The notes under the pieces: generated by a model
Told to the model about the DNA's origin: nothing
The model's database searches: none
What the model saw: the letters and a program-made list of their open reading frames with translations, nothing else
Shown here: positions 40,084 to 49,518 of the stretch, piece after piece
Layout of the letters: the number at the start of each line of letters is the position of its first letter
Position numbering within the stretch: the stretch's first letter is position 1
Position numbers and translations under genes: made by a program
From: Takakia lepidozioides
Taxonomy: Eukaryota; Plantae; Bryophyta
Reading direction: 5' to 3'
Length of the DNA stretch: 64,000 nucleotides
Assembly (NCBI GenBank): GCA_030704615.1
Contig: CM060732.1
Coordinates: 9,424,001-9,488,000, forward strand

Positions 40084-41640
40084 CCTTCCATGTCGGATGA
40101 AAAACGACGGAACTCGGCCCGGTATTTCCAACGTAGAGGTAATTCGGAGCGCTGCTGGATGGAAATCCGGCGCCGGATTTCCATCCTGCAGGTAATTCGG
40201 AGCGCAGCAGGATGGAAATTCAGCGCCGAATTTCCATCCTGCAAGGAAGGGCGGCGCGCGAAATTTCCCTCACGCAGGTAATTCAGAAGCGGATGGATGG
40301 AAATCTGGCGCCGGATTTCCATCCGCGCAGGTAGGGCGGCGCGCGAAATTTCCCTCACGCAGGTAATTCGGAGCCAAGCACGATGGAAATTCAGCGGCGA
40401 ATTTCCATCCTACAAGGTAGGGCGGCGCGCGAAATTTCCCTCACGTAGGTAATTCAGAAGCGGATGGATGGAATCCCGGCGCCGGATTTCCATCCGCGCA
40501 GGTAGGGCGGCGCGCGAAATTTCCCTCACGTAGGTAATTCAGAAGCGGATGGATGGAATCCCGGCGCCGGATTTCCATCCGCGCAGGTAGGGCGGCGCGC
40601 GAAATTTCCCTCACGCAGGTAATTCGGAGCCAAGCAGGATGGAAATTCAGCGCCGAATTTCCATCCTCCAAGGTAGGGCGGCGCGCGAAATTTCCCTCAC
40701 GCAGGTAATTCAGAAGCGGATGGATGGAAATCCGGCGCCGGATTTCCATCCGCGCAGGTAGGGCGGCGCGCGAAATTTCCCTCACGCAGGTAATTCAGAA
40801 GCGGATGGATGGAATCCCGGCGCCGGATTTCCATCCGCTCAGGTAGGGCGGCGCGTGAAATTTCCCTCACGCAGGTAATTCGGAGCCAAGCAGGATGGAA
40901 ATTCAGCGCCGAATTACCATCCTGCAAGGTAGGGCGGCGCGCGAAATTTCCCTCACGCAGGTAATTCAGAAGCGGATGGATGGAAATCCGGCGCCGGATT
41001 TCCATCCGCGCAGGTAGGGCGGCACGCCAAATTCCCCTCACGCAGGTAATTCAGAAGCGGATGGATGGAAATCCGGCGCCGGATTTCCATACGCGCAGGT
41101 AGGGCGGCGCTGGAAATTTCCCTCACGCAGGTAATTCAGAAGCGGATGGATGGAAATCCGGCGCCGGATTTCCATCCGCGCAGGGAGGGCGGCGCGCCAA
41201 ATTTCCCTCACGCAGGTAATTCGCAGGCGGATGGATGGAAATCCGGCGCGGAATTTCCATCCTGCAAGGTAGGGAGGCGCGCCAAATTTCCCTCACGCAG
41301 GTAATTCGGAGGCGGATGGATGGAAATCCGGCGCCGGATTTCCATCCGCGCAGGTAGGGCGGCGCGTGAAATTTCCCTCACGCAGGTAATTCGGAGGCGG
41401 ATGGATGGAAATCCGGCGCCGGATTTCCATCCACGCAGGTAGGGCGGCGCGCGAAATTTCCCTCATGCAGGTAATTCGGAGGCGGATGGATGGAAATCCG
41501 GCGACGAATTTCCATCCTGCAGGTAATTCGAATCCCGGATGGATGGAAATCCGGCGCCGAATTTCCATCCAGCAGGTAAGTCGGATCGCTGGCGTATGGA
41601 TATTCGGCGCCGAATTTCCATTCGCCAGGTATTTCGAAGC
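40084..41640. repeat. 85/86-bp tandem array containing the 30-bp palindrome GGATGGAAATCCGGCGCCGGATTTCCATCC
   Basis: Unit starts at 40441, 40526, 40611 and 40697, with a 256-bp higher-order period. Confidence 0.95.
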
Positions 41641-41789
41641 GCTGAATTACCTTCCTGCAGGTAATTCTGAGCGTGTCCGATTGATTTTTCGGAGAAAAAC
41701 AAACCTAACTGTTTGTTTTGTGGCTGAAGTGCACTTGTAGACACGTTTTTCTTGGAATCCTTGACTGCTAGAGGCAAATCGGAACAGCC

Positions 41790-42830
41790 TCGGACGGAAA
41801 TTCGGCGCCGTTTTTCCATTCTGGGAGGTTTTTACGACTTCCTTTGAGGGGGCCCCGATGGAAATTCGGCGCCGAATTTCCATCCGGGGGATGGTCTCTG
41901 TCGGAGAGGTGTCGGCCTCTCCGCCGCTCTGTTGGATATTCGGTGCCGAATTTCCGTCCGGGGGTTGAAATATGACGGTCAGGTGCCGGCCTCTCCCCCT
42001 CCCCGACTGCATTGGAACAGCCCCGGATGGAAATTCGGCGCCGTTTTTCCATCTGGGGAGGTTTTTATGTCGGCCAGTTTTCGGCCTGACCCCCCGACAC
42101 GACCTCCTTTGGGGGGGCCCGGATGGAAATTCGGCGCCGAATCTCCATCCAAGGGATGCTCTCTGTCGAACACGTGCCGGCCTCTAATCCCGAGGCGACT
42201 TCATCCGGGCGTCCCCTGTTGGATATTCGGTGCCGAATTTCCGTCCGGGGGTTGAAATGTGACGGCCAGGTGCCGGCCTCTCCCCCCTCCCCGACTGCAT
42301 CCGAACCGCCCCGGATGGAAATTCGGCGCCGTTTTTCCATCTGGGGATGTTTTTATGCCGGCCAGTTTTCGGCCTGACCCCCTGACACGACTTCCTTTGG
42401 GGGGGCCCGGATGGAAATTCGGCGCCGAATCTCCATCCAGGGGATATTCTCTGTCGCACACGTGCCGGCCTCTGCGCCCGAGGCGACTTCATCCGGGCTT
42501 CCCCTGTTGTATATTCGGTGCCGAATTTCCGTCCGGGGGTTGTAATGTGAGGGCCAGATGGCGGCCTTTCCCCCGAGCCGACTGCATCCGAAAGGCCTCG
42601 GATGGAAATTCGGCGCCGTTTTTCCATCCCCGGAGGTTTTTATGTCGGCCAGTTTTTGGCCTGACCCCCCGACAGGACTTCCTTTGGGTGGATCCGAATG
42701 GAAATTCGGCGCTGAATTTCCATCCGGGGGATGTTTTCTGTCGGACAGGTGCCGGCATCTCTGCCCCAGACGACTTCATCTGTGCGGCCCCTGTTGGATA
42801 TTGGGTGCCGAATTTCCATTCGGGGGTAGT
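41790..42830. repeat. ~288-bp higher-order repeat, three GGAAATTCGGCGCCGAATTTCC-type palindromes per unit
   Basis: Equivalent positions at 42025, 42313 and 42600. Confidence 0.92.
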
Positions 42831-43122
42831 AATGTGACGGCACGGTGCCGGCTTCTCCCCTTCAGCTGACATCCTCCGGACGGCCCCCCACTTTCTAATG
42901 CATACCGTTGGCAGTTATTGCGCAAAGACCAGGGGCCGCATCCCGGAGACAAGGTTCATTAACACTCTGACTGTGGATTTTTGAGATAGTTGGCTCCCTG
43001 GATTTGGATCAGGCTTCGTCGCTCGGACAAATCGGCACCGCATTCCTTCCCATTGCTGCATCCCCCTTCTACCAGGGAGCTTCCCTGCACGCCATCCTGG
43101 CAGTCTTGTGTGCACATCTCCC

Positions 43123-45180
43123 ATGGCGGAAAACCCGAGCGCTACAGTGTACTGCCCTCCTCACGAGCATAGAGCTTCATTTCCATGCAGAGGGGACATC
43201 TGCCGGGTGATGGAGAAATATCTGTGCGTTCGATACCACCTGAAACCGGGGTCGGTTTTTTTGGAGGAGGAAATGAAGGACTCAAACGGCCTTGTTGTCG
43301 AGAGTATTGTTGTGCTCCATGATGATTTCGGCGATGGCAGGGAATGGCGAGTTCCACCATCGGACAGCGTCATATACAGGGCTATTGGGGACTTCATTTG
43401 CCCGCCAAATGCACCTTCTATCCTGGCGCCTTCCACGAAACAATCCGCAAATCAGAGAGTGGCTACCTCAAAGAGAGAAGTCCGCAACGAAGTAAATCCA
43501 GAGCCGAACCCATCCATGAAGACGAGCGAGAACCGGGTTGTTCACAACCTGTCCGACTCAGACGAGGTCATGGAAGTTCCGAGGTCGTCCTGGAGATCAG
43601 GCAAGTCCTCAATGGACGTCAGTGGAGGAGGGAGTCATATTCCCAGCACGAGCACCGCAGTTCGATCTATTCTTGAAATTCTGCGAGGGCTTCACCTGGA
43701 GGGACACCGGTCGGAGCTGGCCGGGCTGGACTACAGCAAGTTCGCAATTAAATCGGTTACATGCCTTCCCGCCGACGTCGACGGTAATATCTTCTTTGAG
43801 TTCCCTCCTCGGGCGGACTACTCGAGGGCGTCCGGAATGTTGACAGATATGGATAGAAAACATGGCGGTCATCCTTGGTGCGTTACCAAAACCACCAGCA
43901 TGAAGATGCTCGATGGTGTGCGGGTGCGCTACGTTGTTTGTGCGGGCGCGTTGTGGTGTTTCTCCCCAACTTGCTTCCACTTTAAATCCAGAGGTCACAG
44001 GAACGAGACCGATTGGACAGGCACAGCTCATCAACCATTTCAAGCTCAGGAGAAGGTTCCGAACTCCACATTTAAGTGTGTGCATTGCAAAGAACCACCA
44101 CACTGCATGTCTGTTTGTAATGCCAAGCAGTTCTATGTGTTGCACCGTTTCCCTGACCTCACCTGAGCTTGCATACACGTTGGTTCCCATTGTCACAAAT
44201 TGGCGAGGGGGAACTCGCGGGAGGCTGCCCACGAGGCAGAGCAGCTCGTTCAGGAGGAGGTTAAGTTGAGACCGGGTGCCAAACCCAAACAGATACAGCT
44301 CCAAGCCGCCCATAAGATGGCATTGGCCAGAATTATGTCGGAAGACGGCTCCGATAGAGTTCCTCTCGATGAGAAGGAAATGGAGGCATTGCTGGAGTCG
44401 GTGTCCCACGTATGTTCACCGAATGTCCGAAACCACATTGTCTCATGCAAACAGAAAATTGGGCGTGGCTCGGATATGCACTCCATTCTGGAGGTGAAGC
44501 GACGATGTGGATATGACTACATTCATGGAAGTAGGTTTCCAGGACAAGGGACTGAGGCAGATCGTTGTTTCGTATTCAAAATGTCCACGTGTGGACCTGG
44601 CAGCGGCGTCGATCTGGTCGACAGGATGACGAGTGGGGACTTGTCAAACAGTTGGGTCATGTTCGACCATATCAAGCGAATTACAAATCACCAGTGGGTG
44701 ACAATGGGTGCACATGTCTACGACACCCACTGCAGGATGCTAATGACAATTGCTATTTGTGAGATGAAAGGAGAGGACACACAATCGGAGATGCTTCTTT
44801 GGCAGGGAATAAACGAACAGATGGCCAAGGCGGGATTGCCCCCTCCCAATTTCCGTGGTTTCATGGCGGACAACGCACAAGCAAATTGGGCTGCCATCCG
44901 AAGGGTGTACGGGCAAGACCCCAATGTTCCCATGGAAGGCAAGGAGAGATCTTGTGGGTTCCATTTTCTGCAGAGCCTTTCGCAGTACACAACCAGGCTC
45001 GTGGCGCCAGATTTCAGAGAGGAGCACCGTTCCATGTGCCTTGCGTGGAAGCGCGCTCCCACCTTGGATGATGCAGAGACACAGTTTGCATGTATACGGG
45101 ATTGGTGGACATCGTCAGGTGCTGTAAGGAAATCAGACGAGGGAGCAATGGTCAGTTGGCTAGCATGGTGGCATTATCGT
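43123..45180 (+). pseudogene. GCM-MULE transposase of copy B (one TGA at 44164, 3' end deleted)
   Basis: MDRKHGGHPWC...CAGALWCFSPTC...CVHC...LT*ACIHVGSHCH; WVMFDH, FMADN, SCGFH. Stops at WLAWWHYR, so it lacks the catalytic E and SWIM. Confidence 0.9.
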
Positions 45181-45850
45181 TTTGGCGCCGAATTTCTCTT
45201 TTTGGGGCCGAAAACTGGCTAAGTCCCAACATGCACTGGTACCTGTGTCTGGGAAAATGGCGCCGAATTTCTCTTTTTTGGGCCGAAAACTGTCTAAGTC
45301 CCAACATGCACTGGTACCGTGTCTGGAAAAATGGCGCCGAATTTCTCTTTTTTGGGCCGAAAACTGGCTAAGTCCCAACATACACTGGTACAGTGTCTGG
45401 AAAAATGGCGCCAAATTTCCCTATTTTGCGCCGAAAACTGGCTAAGTCCGAACATGCACTGGAAAAATGGCGCCGAATTACCTGTCATGAGGGGACCTAC
45501 AGCCGCGGAATTCGGCACCATTTTTCGCCAGAGAGACCTATTACCGCGAAATACGTCGCCGTTTTTTCAGGTTACGGACCCTATTACCGCGAAATTCGGC
45601 GCCATATTTGCACATGTCGCTGGGAATTGGCATGAGCGGAAGACGAAATATCATGAGCACAACTGTCAAAACTACAATTTTCCCTTCAAGGGGCCGAATA
45701 ATATATTTGTTTTTCCTGACACATTGCATTAAATTAATGTTTTTAATGTTTTTTATTTTTGAAATTTGTACTTCTGCTCATGAAAACCGATTGTCTTACT
45801 ACTCCGCTCATGCCGCTCATGCCGCTCATGCTCATGAAATAGCTAACCTC
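45181..45850. repeat. Subterminal ~75-bp palindrome repeats and GCTCATG terminal repeats of copy B
   Basis: GGCGCCGAATTTC units at 45184, 45259, 45333 and 45407; CCTATTACCGCG twice; tandem CCGCTCATG. Confidence 0.85.
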
Positions 45851-46168
45851 CCACCAGGCACGAATTGTCTGGAACAATGTATTCGCTTCCCCCATAGTTT
45901 TGGCGTCTTTGTACTGTTTGCACAGTTGACGATGCATACTCTGCATATCTGGCTTGATGTCTGCCTTTGTGTGTTTGTCCAGGGATTGTGTCCAATGGAA
46001 AAGACACGTATGTTCTCTTCCAGGCATTGGCACTTTTGGATCTCCCGTCCCGAATACAATGCGGACAGCATTGAAGTTAGCTTGAGCAGTGTCGGCCATG
46101 AAACCAACAAAATTGGGAGATGGGAGACCATTGGAGGCCATAACACAAATGAGAGCTTCCCACTGGTA
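45851..46168 (-). pseudogene. Copy H transposase, MULE core piece
   Basis: NFVGFMADTAQANFNAVRIVFG...EHTCLFHWTQSL...QTIRAWW joins in frame to 32518. Confidence 0.88.
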
Positions 46169-46408
46169 GGGTGGTACTGCTCTGTACAATGGGGGCCCAT
46201 TTCAGCCTACCAGCCACTTGCAAAATCCACCCACACTCCCAATCCCAAACGAAATGAGGAATGATGCATTCTGGGAACGATGGATACAGAATAGAACAAA
46301 AAGAGGGCACAATGGGGTTTTTATTGATCCACATGAATTGCATTTGAAGCACGTCTACTGTGCTGATTGTGCAAACAAATCTTTAGCCCTGTGCCTTCTG
46401 AATACAAG

Positions 46409-46962
46409 TCACGTTGTCAATGGGACTTCGACTGCTCTGAGAACTAGCTCATGAGTCATCGGGCTCCTCCAGGTAAACTGGATTGCAGCCGTTGTACCGC
46501 CCCTGTTGATGTTCACCTCAATGTCGTGCCCTTCAATCATACCACCATCGAATATGAAAAGCTTCACGTTTTTGTCGTCCACACCAATGCGAATGTCCCC
46601 ATACAATGGAGAAGAGGAGCGCACTCCTTCAGGAGTATACGTCTCTCCGATGGAGTCCACCCACGTCCACTGGCAACAGTTCCACCGCAATAGCATAGCA
46701 GTGCGCATTCTTCTGCATGGGTGCCCGTCGTAGCTGGGAAAATCGGAATCAAGGATGCGCAGGAGCCACGGACTCCTCAGACCAAGATCGTCACCCCGCT
46801 CGAAGGCGTAGTGGCCTGGGATATACTCAAAAGCGGACAATGTTTCCAGTATCTTCTGTGTAATCTGTGTACCAGATAAACGATGTCTCCCGATGTGGCC
46901 GAATACATTGCATAATCGAAGCCTCCATAAGGGCAGTCGTCCCGGTTCCAGAAGCACGACAT
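46409..46962 (-). pseudogene. Unknown ~185-aa protein, paralog 1 (one frameshift)
   Basis: MSCFWNRDDCPYGGFDYAM...WNCCQWT...YGDIR...DGGMIEGHDI...ELVLRAVEVP. Confidence 0.7.
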
Positions 46963-47508
46963 CCTTGCAAAGGAGGACCTGAGGACGTCTTTGATGCCGA
47001 TGACAATGACCTTGCGGACAACAACGAAGCCCTTAGATTTTTAAAATGATGAGAAGCGGAAGAGCAGTGGGGGCTCCAATAATGGAGCATCTGGGTCCCA
47101 CGTACCCACCAATCATCGTGTAACGTGTTCATCACGCCAGCGGTGGATGAACCGATACCTCTTTCTCATCCACGGGGTATAGTTTGAAATCTGCCACCGA
47201 AGTCCATCCCCCGGATGGAAATTCGGCGCCGCATTTACATCGAAGGGGGGATGGACTTCGTCGTCTCGAGTGGGTATAGGCCCACCTGGCACTTACTGCC
47301 CATAGTTTGCATGGCAGGGAAGGAAACTAAAACGGCTACATTCATGGAGTAGCCAATCTTCATCCTGTAGGGGGGAAATTTAAATGTGCCTTGGAGTGTT
47401 TGTGAGGAATTGCAGCGTTTGCTTGAACTTCTTCCAGCCACCGCGCTGTTGCCTCCTCCATCCGGGAGCTGCTGTCATTGAGCATACTCCGCTACTCTTT
47501 TTTCAAGG

Positions 47509-48087
47509 ATGTCGTGCCGTCGAAATCCTGCAGACTGCCCTTATCATGGCCACGATTATGCTATGTTCAAACCAGAATCAGGAGACATCATTGTCTGGCT
47601 CTCTGTTTTCACAGACGCTTTTGGAATCAAGCGGGAGTCTTTGCGCGCAATGGAGTATTTGGAGGGCTATTACCGCTTTGAGCGAGGTGAGGGCAAGGGT
47701 CAATGCGGTCTGTGGGTCCTGAAAATTGTTGACCTCGATATACCAAGGTAGGTTGGGATGCCGGACAGATCACGCACGGCCTCCCTTTGGTGCTGGAACT
47801 GCTGCCAGTGGACCAGGGAGGACGGCACCGGGGAAAACTATATTTGTGGAGTTCACTCCATTCTTCCAGTGTATGGAGACATTCGGCTGAGTTGCGAAGA
47901 CGAATCGCACGGGCACATGAGGCCCACAGTGACCTTGTCAATGTATGATGGTGGTATGATTGATGGGCATGACATTGTCGTCAGCTCCACCAAAGGCACC
48001 AGATCGACCGCATTGCAGTTTACCTCGAGGTGCCGCATCAATAATGAGCTTGTTTTGAGGGCTATCGAAGTTCCGTCGACTTGGTGA
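47509..48087 (+). pseudogene. Unknown ~190-aa protein, paralog 2 (one in-frame TAG at 47749)
   Basis: MSCRRNPADCPYHGHDYAM...WNCCQWT...YGDIR...DGGMIDGHDI...ELVLRAIEVP. Confidence 0.7.
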
Positions 48088-48362
48088 CGCCCATGTAGAA
48101 GGAGGAAGGGCTTAGATTTGTCTGGAGTTGCTAAATGTGAGACACCGTGTTCGATCAATAAAACAACCCATCGTACCTCACTTCTGTGTGCTTGTGTTTC
48201 ATTGTGTTCAAGAACTGCTGTAATTGGCCCACTGTTTACAATTTGTGGTCTCATTTCTACAATGTGTCTGTCCATATGAATATACCAGAGTCAGCGATAG
48301 CAGAGTCCTGAGGTGAAGGAAATCCATGTATGAGTAAAAGGAAACATGTACATGCCGAAGCT

Positions 48363-49385
48363 TGGAAATTCGGCACCGCATTTCATTTTTCTCCATGCAG
48401 CGATTTCTGGCAGCTCCCTTTCCTCCGTTGTGGTCGTAACGGAAATTCAATACCGCATTTCATTTCTTGACATGGCATTACCATACTTCGAATTGGAAAT
48501 GCGGCACCGCATTTCCATATTGGACCTTGAATTGTCCAAGCATGTCCAATCGCTAATGCTTGTCCATGTCCATACTGGAAATGCGGCACCGCATTTCCAT
48601 GTCCGTCATCGAAATTTCGTACCGGACAATGGAATGCGGCACCGCATTTCCGGAGAGCACAATGGAATGCGGTGCCGCATTTCTGTCGAAGGGTCTGGAA
48701 TTGGACAAACAACGATGTCCGTTCTGAAAATGCGGCACCGCATTTCCATGTCCGTCATCAAAATTTCGTGGAATGCGGTGCCGCATTTCCGTCCAACAAG
48801 ACGGAATGCCCACACGGGTCTGGAATTGGACAAACAACGATGTCTGTTTTGGAAATGCGGTGCCGCATTTCCATATTTGGCAATCGAAAGTTCTTATTGG
48901 ACAATGTAATGCGGTGCCGCATTTCCGTCAAAGGGTCTGGAATTGGACAAACAACGATGTCCGTTTTGGAAATGCGGCGCCAGTACGTCATCGAAATTTC
49001 TTATTGGACAATGGAATGCGGTGCCGCATTCCCGTCTAGCATCATGGAATGGGGAGCCGCATTTCCGTCGATGGGTCTGCTGTTGGAAAAACGTCCATCT
49101 CCAAAATGTAAATGCGGCACCGCATTTCCATGTTCGACCTCCGCATGCGGGGTGGCGTATCCATTTACCTCCATGGAAGGAGCTGGCAATCGGCAAAACT
49201 GCCGTGTTGAGAACGGAAATGCGGCACCGCATTTCCGTTCGGCCGAACAGTTTTTGATGTCCAAACCATGAAACAAAAAATTGTTCTTGCCCCGGTTTTG
49301 GAAATGCGGTGCTGCATTTCCAAAAGAGGTTTTTGCAGTTGCCACATTTCCGTTCCGACATGGAAATGCGGTGCCGCATTTCCGA
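48363..49385. repeat. Palindrome array (GGAAATGCGG-YR-CCGCATTTCC) downstream of the cargo gene in copy C
   Basis: About 17 palindromes with recurring spacers such as GGGTCTGGAATTGGACAAACAACGATGTC. Confidence 0.9.
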
Positions 49386-49518
49386 TTTTGGGAGGGACGT
49401 GGTTTGGACGATGTTGTCGTTGAGAAGCACATGGGAGAGGGACATGAAGGACGGGGAGAATTTCCTTTATATACTCTGGAAGAGAATTTAAATGTACAGA
49501 GAGTTCATTAAAATTCTA

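Larger units (their letters stand above)
32519..45850. mobile_element. MULE family copy B with both ends (13.3 kb) and an 8-bp TSD
   Basis: Left end GGGGGCTACTATTTCATGAGC; right end (rc) GAGGTTAGCTATTTCATGAGC. CCACCAGG at 32511-32518 and 45851-45858. Removing the element restores the host frame QTIRAWW-YSSGAA. Confidence 0.93.

Noticed and set aside
40071-42872. ORFs with MEIRRRIS/GNSAPNF repeats (also MRHRIS/KCGAAF at 7069-8200, 48200-49450, 54400-56100)
   Set aside because: These are translations of palindrome arrays that are open in several frames on both strands.
43123-45180. A currently active autonomous transposase
   Set aside because: Every copy has stops, frameshifts or truncations. 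Some indels may be sequencing errors, but no intact ORF can be shown.
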